Shown here in pieces: positions 18,666-27,576 of a DNA stretch of 64,000 bases (within the stretch, counting starts at the first letter, position 1; each line of letters starts with the position of its first letter). The DNA comes from an uncultured Chloroflexia bacterium (lineage in GTDB: Bacteria > Chloroflexota > Chloroflexia > QHBQ01 > JADMIH01). The stretch covers positions 160,001-224,000 of the forward strand of contig CAWCNY010000003.1 of the NCBI GenBank assembly GCA_963797095.1. The letters run 5' to 3'. The notes beneath the pieces are model-generated. The model worked only from the letters and a program-made list of their open reading frames with translations, was not told the DNA's origin and did no database searches. Both the position numbers and the translations under genes were made by a program.

Positions 18666-19790
18666 GTGACAACCAATGTAAAGCACGTCGCCGTGAACAA
18701 CGGGATCGCGGCACCCACAGTGCAACACGCCTCATGGCTCCCAGTCCCGCCGCACTTCGACCCCTCGAACACGGACAAGGTGTGGGCGGTCGATTACCTG
18801 GCGCTGGAGCGCACCGGGGAGGCCTGGGCGAAGTCGCACGACATCGCGCCAGCAGCCTCGGATGCTATCAAGACTGCACTGATACTGATCGACGTGCAGA
18901 TCACTTTCTGCACACCGGGATTCGAGTTGTTCGTGGGAGGCAGGTCGGGACGAGGGGCGGTCGAGGACAACGTGCGGCTGTGCGAGTTCATCTACCGCAA
19001 CATGAAGCAGATCACACGCATCTTCCCGACGATGGATACGCACACACAGTTCCAGATATTCCACCCCCTGTTCTGGGTGAACGACGCGGGCGAGCACCCT
19101 GCACCCTACACGGTGATCACACATGCCGATGTAGAGGGCGGAGTGTGGAAGGTGAACCCACGGGCCACCTACTCGCTCGGCGGCAACTACCTGGCGCTGC
19201 AAAAGCATGTTGAGTACTACACCGAGCAGCTTGAGCGGACTGGCAAGTATGCCCTGATCGTGTGGCCACCACACGCGATGCTTGGTGGGATCGGGCATGC
19301 CCTGGTGCCGTCGGTGCACGAGGCGGTGGAGTTCTTCAACGCGGCGCGGGCCTCGCAAACCGGGTTCGAGATCAAGGGCGGGCACCCGCTGACCGAGAAC
19401 TACTCGGTGCTGTCGCCTGAGGTAATCACTACATCAGGTGGTGCGCCTCTGCCGAACGCGGGCAAGAACTACAGGTTCATCGAGAAACTGCTAGATAGCG
19501 CATCGGGCTTCGATGTGATCGGGATCACGGGGCAGGCGCTTAGCCACTGCGTGGCGTGGACAATCGACGACCTTCTGAAAGACATCTTGCAGAAGGACCC
19601 GGCAGCGGCCAAGAAGGTGCACATCATCCGCGATTGCTCGTCGCCCGTTGTTACCCCAGGGTACGACTTCACGGACGATGCTGAGGCCGCCCTCAAGCGG
19701 TTCGAGGAGGCAGGCATGCGCATCGTGCGCTCCACCGACCCCATCACCGAGTGGCCTGGATATACTGAGGCTTTGCAGAAGAACGGTTGA
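18666..19790 (+). CDS. Nicotinamidase-like cysteine hydrolase (isochorismatase superfamily)
   Basis: LILIDVQITFC (catalytic Asp), TMDTH, WPPHAM, IKG, GQALSHCV (catalytic Cys). GTG start after AAGGAG RBS. Confidence 0.85.
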   Translation: MTTNVKHVAVNNGIAAPTVQHASWLPVPPHFDPSNTDKVWAVDYLALERTGEAWAKSHDIAPAASDAIKTALILIDVQITFCTPGFELFVGGRSGRGAVEDNVRLCEFIYRNMKQITRIFPTMDTHTQFQIFHPLFWVNDAGEHPAPYTVITHADVEGGVWKVNPRATYSLGGNYLALQKHVEYYTEQLERTGKYALIVWPPHAMLGGIGHALVPSVHEAVEFFNAARASQTGFEIKGGHPLTENYSVLSPEVITTSGGAPLPNAGKNYRFIEKLLDSASGFDVIGITGQALSHCVAWTIDDLLKDILQKDPAAAKKVHIIRDCSSPVVTPGYDFTDDAEAALKRFEEAGMRIVRSTDPITEWPGYTEALQKNG

Positions 19791-19800
19791 TTTCTTGTAC

Positions 19801-19933
19801 ACGAAGAGGCGAAGGAAGGCGAAGGGCACGAAGGTTCTTAAGGATATGAGGCAGTGCCGAGCATGTGTGTGAGCGAATAAGAATAATCTTTAATAAAACT
19901 TCGGGATCTTCGCGTTCTTCTTCGCTTCTTCGT
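19801..19933. repeat. Imperfect inverted repeat built of CGAAG units (REP-like element)
   Basis: Left arm ACGAAGAGGCGAAGGAAGGCGAAGGGCACGAAGG pairs with right arm CTTCGGGATCTTCGCGTTCTTCTTCGCTTCTTCGT. Confidence 0.7.
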
Positions 19934-19979
19934 ATTCAAATGAAACCCGCTGAGGGCAAGATAATAAGGAGATAAGGAA

Positions 19980-20786
19980 ATGAATAATAACGGAACACCG
20001 GATGTTAGCAGCCTGTTTGCACAGGCGCACGGATACGGCGAGCTTTCGGACGAGGCTTACCAGGCGCTTTCGGTGGCCGACCTGGGGGCGCAGATACAGG
20101 CGGCGATGGGTGTGCCCGCGCTGAACGTGCCCACCAGCCGGGGCGTGCTCCTCACGATGCTGATAGACGATTCAGGCTCGATACGGTTCAAGGGGAACGA
20201 GCAGGCGGTGCGGGACGGCTACAACGAGATCGTGAAGGCGATGAGGGAATCGAAGCAGGCCGACGAGATGCTGGCGACCACGCGCTACTTGAACGGGCGA
20301 GTGCTCTACCCGTACCAGTTCCTGGCGCACGTGCCCCTGCTGGACAAGGGGAATTACCAGGCCACGGGCGGCACCCCCCTTTACGACCAGGCGATAGCCA
20401 CCCTTGGGACGGTGCTTGCCAAGACGCTGGAGTTCGGGCGGAACGGCACTCCTGTCAACACGGTGACGCTGATTGTTACGGACGGCAACGACGAAGGCTC
20501 GACCAGTACGGCCCGGCAGGTCTACCCCATCGTGACCGACATGCTTGCTCAGGAGTGCCACATCGTGGCGGGCATGGGCATAGACGATGGATCCACCGAT
20601 TTCCGAAGGGTGTTTCGAGAGATGGGCATCCCCGACCGGTGGGTGCTGACGCCGCGCAACGACCCCAAAGAGATCAGGCGGGCCTTCCAACTCTTCTCCC
20701 AATCGGCGATGAGGGCGTCATCCAGCGGGGTGCACTTCAGCGCAACAGCCCAGTCGGGGATGTCGATGGGTGGGTTTGGTGGCTAG
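19980..20786 (+). CDS. TerY-like von Willebrand factor A (vWA) domain protein
   Basis: MIDAS DDSGS, GGTPLYD, IVTDGND; RBS AAGGAG. Confidence 0.87.
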   Translation: MNNNGTPDVSSLFAQAHGYGELSDEAYQALSVADLGAQIQAAMGVPALNVPTSRGVLLTMLIDDSGSIRFKGNEQAVRDGYNEIVKAMRESKQADEMLATTRYLNGRVLYPYQFLAHVPLLDKGNYQATGGTPLYDQAIATLGTVLAKTLEFGRNGTPVNTVTLIVTDGNDEGSTSTARQVYPIVTDMLAQECHIVAGMGIDDGSTDFRRVFREMGIPDRWVLTPRNDPKEIRRAFQLFSQSAMRASSSGVHFSATAQSGMSMGGFGG

Positions 20787-20848
20787 TAGTCGGTAGTCGG
20801 TAGTCGGAGAGAAGCAGGAACCGAAAACTTCTGACTACCGACTACCAT
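20784..20848. repeat. Composite heptamer/REP element, copy A
   Basis: (GGTAGTC)n, core GCAGGAACCGAAAACTTC, then (GACTACC)2. Related copies at ~29108, ~41027 (inverted) and ~61205. Confidence 0.8.
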
Positions 20849-20864
20849 GTGATATATTGCCTCT

Positions 20865-21365
20865 ATGGCACGATTGACTATCGCACGGGACGGTATAGCG
20901 GAATATCTAAGGCTCATCGAAGAGACGCCGGGACGCGTCCCGGCGTCTACTTCGTGGTTGGATGATGCTCTACTGGCGCAGGCTCCGGGCGGGCGCGGGT
21001 GGTCGGCGGCGCAGGTGCTGGCACACATCAGGGGCTGCGACGAGGTTTGGTCGTACAGCATTTACGCCATGCTGGTGGAGAAAGAGCCTGTGCTGGCGGC
21101 GGTCGATGCGCGCAGGTGGGCAGAGGTCGCCGGATATGAAACGATGGGTTTTCATGAAGCGTTGCAAACGTTTGCGCTCAAGCGAGCGGAGTTGGTAAGG
21201 GTGCTGCGCGGCCTGCCGCAGGAGGCGTGGGGAAGGACCGCCAATATAGGTGGGCGAGCGCACAGCGTGTTCAGCCAGCTCAGAAGGATGGGCAAGCACG
21301 AAGTCGAGCATTGCGGGCAGATTGAGGAATTAACAAAATGGCCCGGATCTAGTGATGAACCTTGA
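20865..21365 (+). CDS. DinB/YfiT-like metal-binding protein
   Basis: WSAAQVLAHI...D, F..KR.E, HEVEHCGQI. Confidence 0.85.
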   Translation: MARLTIARDGIAEYLRLIEETPGRVPASTSWLDDALLAQAPGGRGWSAAQVLAHIRGCDEVWSYSIYAMLVEKEPVLAAVDARRWAEVAGYETMGFHEALQTFALKRAELVRVLRGLPQEAWGRTANIGGRAHSVFSQLRRMGKHEVEHCGQIEELTKWPGSSDEP

Positions 21366-21390
21366 CAACGGTACTATCAACGTGTAAAAT
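21362..21390 (+). promoter_or_regulatory. Sigma70 promoter of the hrcA operon
   Basis: TTGACA (21362-21367), 17-bp spacer, TAAAAT (21385-21390). Confidence 0.85.
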
Positions 21391-21400
21391 TATTTTGTGG

Positions 21401-21427
21401 TTAGCACTCCATCAAGAAGAGTGCTAG
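21401..21427. promoter_or_regulatory. CIRCE element (HrcA operator)
   Basis: TTAGCACTC-N9-GAGTGCTAG, one mismatch to consensus, upstream of hrcA. Confidence 0.97.
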
Positions 21428-21485
21428 CATGCACAAATCTCGCAAGGCTCAGGCGTGAAACGCCAAATCTATAGTGCAAACAAAC

Positions 21486-22559
21486 ATGGACCAGACCGGC
21501 GATATTCGAATTAGCGACAGGCAGCGCATCATCCTCAGCATTGTGGTCGAGGAGTATGTCACAACCGCGCGGCCTGTGGCGTCCGAGCAGATTGTGAATA
21601 ACTACAATCTGGCGGTATCGTCGGCCACGGTACGCAACGACTTGGCCGAGCTTGAGCGGCTGGGCCTTATTGTGCAGCCGCATACCAGCGCTGGGCGCAT
21701 ACCCACCGACAGGGGTTACAGGTATTTCGTGACCAACCTGATGCACCCGGCGTCGCTGTCGCAGGACGAGCAGCGAAAGATCAGGCACCAGTTCCACCAG
21801 GTGGAGTTGGACGCCGAGGAATGGGTGCGGCTGGCCGCGTCGGTGCTGGCACGCACCGTCCATAGCGCGGCAGTGGCGACCGCTCCACGCAGCATCGAAG
21901 TGCGGTTAAAGCACTTTGAACTGCTGGCTATTTCGGAGTCGCGCTTGCTGCTGGTGCTGGTGGGCGATGAAGGCTCGGTCACACAGCAGATGCTGACGGT
22001 CAATGAGGCCGCCGACCAGGGCGAGTTGAGCACGCTATCGAATATGCTGAATACTTCCCTGGCGGGCATGGGCGGCAGTGAGATCGGAGCCTGGACCGCC
22101 AAGGATGAGAATGTCGCGCCCCTGGGCGACCTCGCCCCAACAGTATTGAAAACGCTGGCATCGATGTTGCAGAAGCTGGAACGACCAGAGTCGTCGAACG
22201 TGTACCACGAAGGACTTAGCCACATTTTGGAGCAACCGGAGTTCCGCCAGCCTGAGAGGATGCAGCGAGTGCTTGAGATGTTCGAGCAGGGCGACGTATG
22301 GTCTACCCTGATTACTTCGATGGCGGGCCGCGAAGGCGTGCAAGTGATCATCGGAGAAGAAGCGGCTGCCGAAGGGATCGCCAGTTGCAGCGTAGTGCTG
22401 GCGCGCTACGGACTGGAAGACCGCATGACCGGCATTCTGGGCGTGGTCGGCCCCATGAGGATGCCCTACAGCAGGTCGGTTTCGACCGTGAGCTATATGT
22501 CGCAGTTGCTGAGCGACCTTTTGTTGCGGGCATACAACCCCTATCGGGGTAGCGAGTGA
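21486..22559 (+). CDS. hrcA: Heat-inducible transcription repressor HrcA
   Basis: SSATVRNDLAELE..GLI.QPHTSAGRIPTDRGYRYFV; GVVGPMRMPY. Confidence 0.97.
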   Translation: MDQTGDIRISDRQRIILSIVVEEYVTTARPVASEQIVNNYNLAVSSATVRNDLAELERLGLIVQPHTSAGRIPTDRGYRYFVTNLMHPASLSQDEQRKIRHQFHQVELDAEEWVRLAASVLARTVHSAAVATAPRSIEVRLKHFELLAISESRLLLVLVGDEGSVTQQMLTVNEAADQGELSTLSNMLNTSLAGMGGSEIGAWTAKDENVAPLGDLAPTVLKTLASMLQKLERPESSNVYHEGLSHILEQPEFRQPERMQRVLEMFEQGDVWSTLITSMAGREGVQVIIGEEAAAEGIASCSVVLARYGLEDRMTGILGVVGPMRMPYSRSVSTVSYMSQLLSDLLLRAYNPYRGSE

Positions 22560-22607
22560 CGAGTGACGAGTGACGGAGTAAGCAGTTCGCAGTTCGCAGT
22601 TCGCAGT
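22553..22607. repeat. Heptamer repeats (GAGTGAC)x3 and (AGTTCGC)x3 starting at the hrcA stop codon
   Basis: Read directly from the sequence. Confidence 0.9.
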
Positions 22608-22672
22608 ACATCAGACCACAAAGGCAAGAGAATTAAGAACTCAGGGGGTGAGTGTAAAGAGTGAGGGACAAC

Positions 22673-23188
22673 ATGGAACAGGAAGCAAATATAGAAGAAA
22701 CGCCAAACGGCATCGAGGAAGCCCAGGAGCAAACCGGACAGGTAGCGCCTGAGCGCGACATGGCGGCGGAGTACCTCGAAGCCTTGCAGAGAGAGCGCGC
22801 CAACTTCATCAATTACAGGCGGCGCGTAGACCAGGAGAAGACAGAAAGCGCCCAGTACGCAGCAGCCAACCTCATAAAGAAACTGCTCCCGGTGGTGGAC
22901 GATTTCGACCGGGCGCTGGCGGCGGTGCCGGAGGCCGACCGCAAGCACAACAAGTGGCTACAAGGGATCGAGTTGATCGCCCGTAAGCTGCACGCTGTGC
23001 TTGAAGGAGAAGGCGTAGAGCCGATCGAGGCGTTGGGCCAGCCATTCGATCCGAATCTGCATGAGGCTGTCGCATTCGACGACAACGGGAACGGCGGCCC
23101 GGATACAGTGAGCGAGGTGTTCGCCAAAGGCTACAAGCTAAAGGACCGCGTGATCAGGCCGGCAATGGTCAAGGTATCGCGGGGATAA
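22673..23188 (+). CDS. grpE: Nucleotide exchange factor GrpE
   Basis: RERANFINYRRR, LLPVVDDFDRA, FDPNLHEA, KGYKLKDRVIRPAMVKV. Confidence 0.97.
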   Translation: MEQEANIEETPNGIEEAQEQTGQVAPERDMAAEYLEALQRERANFINYRRRVDQEKTESAQYAAANLIKKLLPVVDDFDRALAAVPEADRKHNKWLQGIELIARKLHAVLEGEGVEPIEALGQPFDPNLHEAVAFDDNGNGGPDTVSEVFAKGYKLKDRVIRPAMVKVSRG

Positions 23189-23304
23189 GCGGAGTGCGGA
23201 GGGAAGCCCTTTGCCGGGGTTTCAGGGGTGTCCCCTGCTTCTCACCCTTCCCATTCTAATAAGACAATTCAGAAATCAAAATTCATATTTGGAGGAAACA
23301 TAAA

Positions 23305-25227
23305 ATGGCACACGTATTAGGCATAGACCTCGGCACCACCAACTCGGTCATGTCAGTGATCGAGGGTGGCGAGCCGACCGTCATACCAAACGCTGAGGGA
23401 GCGCGCCTGACGCCCTCTGTGGTGGCAATCTCGAAGTCGGGCGAGAGGCTGGTGGGGCAGGTCGCCAAGCGGCAGGCCATCACCAACCCTGAGAACACGA
23501 TCTTCTCGATCAAGCGCTTCATGGGACGCAAGTTCAACGACCCTGAGGTGCAGCGCGATACCAAGCTTGTTCCATACCGGGTGTCAGAGGCCGCCAACGG
23601 CGACCTGCAGGTGTGGATGGGCGGCAAGGCGTTCTCGCCACCGGAGGTATCGGCGATGATCCTTCAGAAGCTGAAGACAGACGCCGAGGCTTACCTGGGC
23701 GAGAGGATCACACAGGCAGTGATCACAGTCCCTGCCTACTTCAACGACACCCAGAGGCAGGCCACCAAGGATGCGGGCAAGATCGCGGGCCTTGAGGTGC
23801 TCCGTATCATCAACGAGCCTACCGCATCGGCGCTCGCCTATGGCCTCGACAAGAAGACCGAGGAAGAGATTGCAGTGTATGACCTGGGCGGCGGCACATA
23901 CGATATCTCTGTGCTGTCTCTGTCCGAGGGAGTGTTCGAGGTGAACGCCACCAACGGCGATACCCACCTGGGCGGCGACGACTTCGACCAGAGGATCATC
24001 GACTGGCTGGCCGACGAGTTCAAGCGCGACCAGGGGATCGACCTCAGAGGCGACCGCATGGCCCTCCAGAGGCTCAAGGAGGCGGCTGAGAAGGCCAAGA
24101 TCGAGCTTTCAACCACCCAGAGCACCGAGGTCAACCTGCCGTTCATCACCGCCGACGCCGAGGGGCCGAAGCACATGAACATCACCCTCACCCGCTCCAA
24201 GCTGGAGCAGTTGGTGGGCGATCTGATCGACAAGACCATCCCGCCGATGAAGAGCGCCCTTTCCGATGCCAAGATGACCCCGTCGAACATCGACGAGGTG
24301 CTGCTGGTGGGCGGCCAGACGAGAATGCCCGCCGTGCAGAAGAAGGTACAGGACTTCTTCGGGAAGGAGCCTCACAAGGGCATCAACCCCGACGAGGTGG
24401 TGGCGGTGGGAGCCGCGATCCAGGCAGGCGTGTTGCAGGGCTCTGTGAAGGACGTGCTGCTCCTCGACGTGACCCCTCTGACGCTCGGTTTGGAGACTCT
24501 GGGCGGGGTGGCGACACCGCTGATCCAGCGCAACACCACCATCCCGACCAAGAAGAGCCAGGTCTTCTCCACCGCATCGGACAACCAGCCGAGTGTTGAG
24601 ATCCATGTGCTCCAGGGCGAGCGCCCTATGGCAAACGAGAACAAGAGCCTCGGACGCTTCATCCTCGATGGTATCCCGCCCGCACCGCGTGGCGTGCCCC
24701 AGGTTGAGGTGACGTTCGATATCGACGCCAACGGCATCCTCTCTGTGAGCGCCAAGGATATGGCGACCCAGAAGGAGCAGAAGATCACCATCACCGCATC
24801 GTCGGGCCTGTCTAAGGACGAGGTCGAGCGGATGGTGAGGGAGGCCGAGTCGCACGCGGAAGAGGACAAGAAGCGCCGCGACCTGATCGAGTCGCGCAAC
24901 ATCGCCGACAGCATGGCATACCAGGCTGAGAAGACGCTGCGCGAGCTTGGCGAGCAGGTGCCCGCCGACATCAAGACCGAGGTCGAGGGGAAGGTGAGCG
25001 AGGTGCGCGAGGCTCTGAACACCGAGGACGTGGACCGAATCAAGCGCTCTAGCGAAGAGTTGAGTGCATCGCTCCAGAAGATCGGGCAGGCCATGTACGC
25101 ACAGCAGCAGGCCAACGCAGGCACGCGAGGACCCGACACCGAGGGCGCGACCGGCAACGGCGCATCGGAGCCGGGCGCCGATAAGGCCGAGGAAGGCACC
25201 GTCGAGGGCGAGTTCCGCGAGGTGTAA
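23305..25227 (+). CDS. dnaK: Chaperone DnaK (Hsp70)
   Basis: [45 protein letters not shown]. Confidence 0.99.
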   Translation: MAHVLGIDLGTTNSVMSVIEGGEPTVIPNAEGARLTPSVVAISKSGERLVGQVAKRQAITNPENTIFSIKRFMGRKFNDPEVQRDTKLVPYRVSEAANGDLQVWMGGKAFSPPEVSAMILQKLKTDAEAYLGERITQAVITVPAYFNDTQRQATKDAGKIAGLEVLRIINEPTASALAYGLDKKTEEEIAVYDLGGGTYDISVLSLSEGVFEVNATNGDTHLGGDDFDQRIIDWLADEFKRDQGIDLRGDRMALQRLKEAAEKAKIELSTTQSTEVNLPFITADAEGPKHMNITLTRSKLEQLVGDLIDKTIPPMKSALSDAKMTPSNIDEVLLVGGQTRMPAVQKKVQDFFGKEPHKGINPDEVVAVGAAIQAGVLQGSVKDVLLLDVTPLTLGLETLGGVATPLIQRNTTIPTKKSQVFSTASDNQPSVEIHVLQGERPMANENKSLGRFILDGIPPAPRGVPQVEVTFDIDANGILSVSAKDMATQKEQKITITASSGLSKDEVERMVREAESHAEEDKKRRDLIESRNIADSMAYQAEKTLRELGEQVPADIKTEVEGKVSEVREALNTEDVDRIKRSSEELSASLQKIGQAMYAQQQANAGTRGPDTEGATGNGASEPGADKAEEGTVEGEFREV

Positions 25228-25249
25228 TCGGACCTGAAGTGAAAATCGA

Positions 25250-25284
25250 AGACTGAGGATCGGGATTGGCTCGGTCCTCAGTCT
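25250..25284. terminator. Hairpin between convergent dnaK and peptidase genes
   Basis: AGACTGAGGA...TCCTCAGTCT inverted repeat. Confidence 0.55.
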
Positions 25285-25290
25285 CGCATT

Positions 25291-26850
25291 TCAGGAGGTA
25301 GTTGGACGCGAGGGCGTGCTGGCTCTGTAGTGGGCAAAGAGGCGATGCAACCCGGCCACAAGTGAGAGCGTGGACAGCAAGAACAATCCCGTAGCCAGGT
25401 CTTTGCGGTCGATGGTCGCCATCGAGGCGGAAGGGTTCACATGAACTGATTGCGAAGCGTTGAGGGCCATTTCTTCGGCCTTGTAAAACGCAATTGCGCT
25501 TTCGGATTCGGGGGTAGATGTAGGAATGGGCTGGCCACCTGCGGAGTTGGCACCAATAGAACCTTCTGTTGGAGTTGTAGGGGTAAAAGTGGCGGGCACC
25601 GTGGCCGTAACTGTGGATACGGACGTGGCGGTTGTGAGCGGAGTATTCGTCGAGGTGGCTGTAGGCTCGGCGGTGAACGTGGGTGTTGCCGGCGGCGGGT
25701 AGGTGCCTATCACTTCGAGGGCCGTGTGGGCGCGCATGCACCGCCATGGATAACTGACCGCCTTGCCGCTCGTCGAGCCGTAGCCGTAGGCGAAGCGGTT
25801 GCCGTAGGGATCGTTGACGATTAGCTGATTGTTGGCGGTGTAGCCGATGGCGACCAGGATGTGGCCTTCCGCAGTGAGGTCGTTGCCGATCAGGACAGGG
25901 TGAGCGCGTTTGAGGGCTGCCACTATAGATTGGAAGCTGAGCGGTAGAGATTGGCTGGAGAGGCCATGCCATTCCAGCACTCGCCTGATCAGGCCCCAAT
26001 CAGCGAGACCGGTGGGGCAGATAGTACCGTATAAGCCCGCGACCTTCTTGCCCAGGGGGTCGTTGGCGGTAGCGCTGTAGGTGTGTTCGTTGTTGGTGTA
26101 AGCCTGGGTGACATAAGGAGCGTACTCGGAGCCGTCAGTGGGGCTATTGCCCTGGTTGGCTGTCGCGCCGGGCCAGGGCTGTAGCTTGCCGTAATAGCCG
26201 AGGATCATAGCAACGCTGGTAGGGCCGCAAGCCCAGTTGCCGTCCGCATTGTCGATGTCGTTGACCTGGTGGATGTAGGGCACGTCAAGGGTAAGCACAG
26301 GCTTGCCAGGCTTGACATAGCAGTCGGCGGACGGGGGCTGCCAGGCAGGGGTTTGGGTAAGCGTGGCAGTTGCGCTAGGGGTCGAAGTAGGACTCGTCGT
26401 GTAAGTTGGTATAGAGGTTGATGTGGGGGTAGGAGTTGATGTGACCGTCGAAGTAGAAGCTGCTGGAAGAGGCGTTGAGGCCACGGAAGGCAGTTGCGGC
26501 GTAGGAGTTTCAGTGTCGGTAGGGGCCGGAGGCTGCGTGGGGGGAATGGCAGCGTCATAGGTTGGCTCGGCTGGCGGCTGAGAGGGGGCAGCCGGAGTCG
26601 GGGAAGGCACGCCTGGCACGATCGAGGGGATTGAGATCCAACTGGTGGTGGGCTCGGCGGGAACAACAGACGTGGAATCGGCTTCCGGTTCACCGGCAAA
26701 GGCCGGAGAAGCAAACACACACGTAATAAAGATCAGAGCGCAAAGAGCTACCAGAGAATAGAGCAGGCGCACCCTGATGAGAGCGGTGGAGGAATGGCGA
26801 GGGTACATTATAGGCTGATTATGAAGGGGAAAGAGGCAGAGCGGTATCAC
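25291..26850 (-). CDS. Exported C39-like cysteine peptidase with Pro/Thr-rich linkers and C-terminal membrane anchor
   Basis: LDVPYIHQ...ACGPTSVAMILGYYG (Cys), GHILVAIGY (His), IVNDPYG (Asp). The true start is probably downstream of 26850. Confidence 0.82.
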   Translation of the reverse strand: MIPLCLFPLHNQPIMYPRHSSTALIRVRLLYSLVALCALIFITCVFASPAFAGEPEADSTSVVPAEPTTSWISIPSIVPGVPSPTPAAPSQPPAEPTYDAAIPPTQPPAPTDTETPTPQLPSVASTPLPAASTSTVTSTPTPTSTSIPTYTTSPTSTPSATATLTQTPAWQPPSADCYVKPGKPVLTLDVPYIHQVNDIDNADGNWACGPTSVAMILGYYGKLQPWPGATANQGNSPTDGSEYAPYVTQAYTNNEHTYSATANDPLGKKVAGLYGTICPTGLADWGLIRRVLEWHGLSSQSLPLSFQSIVAALKRAHPVLIGNDLTAEGHILVAIGYTANNQLIVNDPYGNRFAYGYGSTSGKAVSYPWRCMRAHTALEVIGTYPPPATPTFTAEPTATSTNTPLTTATSVSTVTATVPATFTPTTPTEGSIGANSAGGQPIPTSTPESESAIAFYKAEEMALNASQSVHVNPSASMATIDRKDLATGLFLLSTLSLVAGLHRLFAHYRASTPSRPTTS

Positions 26851-26982
26851 ATAAAGAGGGGGTAGGGCGTAGCCAGATGGTCATAGGACCGGCGAGGGAG
26901 AATAGTAGTATCTTTGTTGTGGGTGAAGGATGTCTCGAAAAGCCGTCTTCAAACGTATATAATGGTCAAGAGCGAAAGGCAA

Positions 26983-27543
26983 ATGGTTATGGAGGTGCGC
27001 ACGCCTGCTACAATTGAAGACCTCTACCGAGTCGAGGGGAAAGCCGAGCTTGTTGATGCGGAGATCAAATCTTTGTCGCCTACCGGATATTGGCCCGCTC
27101 GTGCGGGAGCACGCGTCCTCGTGAGCCTGCTCCAATACGAAGAGGTCAGCCGGTACGGTCGAGCTTTGCCGGACAATACAGGCTTCGTGGTCAACCTCCC
27201 ACGGCGCAAATCTTTGAGTCCGGATGTGGCCTTCTTTACTGGCAAGGTTCCAGAGGACTCAAACCTCAAGTTCCTGGAAGGCGCACCCATTTTTGCCGTG
27301 GAAGTACGAAGTGAAAGTGATTATGGCTCAAAGGCAGAGCGCGAAATCGCCGCCAGGCGGGCCGATTATTTCGCGGCAGGCCCACAGGTGGTGTGGGACG
27401 TGGACCTGTTGGGCGAAGATGTTGTACGAGTGTACAGCGCCGCCAACCCTGATAGGCCGAGGATCTACCGCAAAGGCGAGATGGCGGAGGCCGAGCCTGC
27501 GCTGCCGGGCTGGACGATGCCGGTTGACGATTTGTTTCGATAA
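26983..27543 (+). CDS. Uma2-family PD-(D/E)XK endonuclease-like protein
   Basis: KAELVDAEI..SP, SPDVAF, FAVEVRS, DYFAAG..VVWDVD, EPALPGW. Confidence 0.88.
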   Translation: MVMEVRTPATIEDLYRVEGKAELVDAEIKSLSPTGYWPARAGARVLVSLLQYEEVSRYGRALPDNTGFVVNLPRRKSLSPDVAFFTGKVPEDSNLKFLEGAPIFAVEVRSESDYGSKAEREIAARRADYFAAGPQVVWDVDLLGEDVVRVYSAANPDRPRIYRKGEMAEAEPALPGWTMPVDDLFR

Positions 27544-27576
27544 TACGTGAATACATAGAGGAAGTATAAAAGAGAG

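Noticed and set aside
18666-19790. Siderophore isochorismatase, or assigning the symbol pncA
   Set aside because: No siderophore genes nearby. The protein is much longer than PncA with insertions, so nicotinamidase activity is inferred from context only.
23190-23250. GGGGTTTCAGGGG motif shared with 7686-7699 (inverted) and loosely 5155-5245
   Set aside because: Probably degenerate copies of another REP-like family, but too short and divergent to delimit from this window alone.
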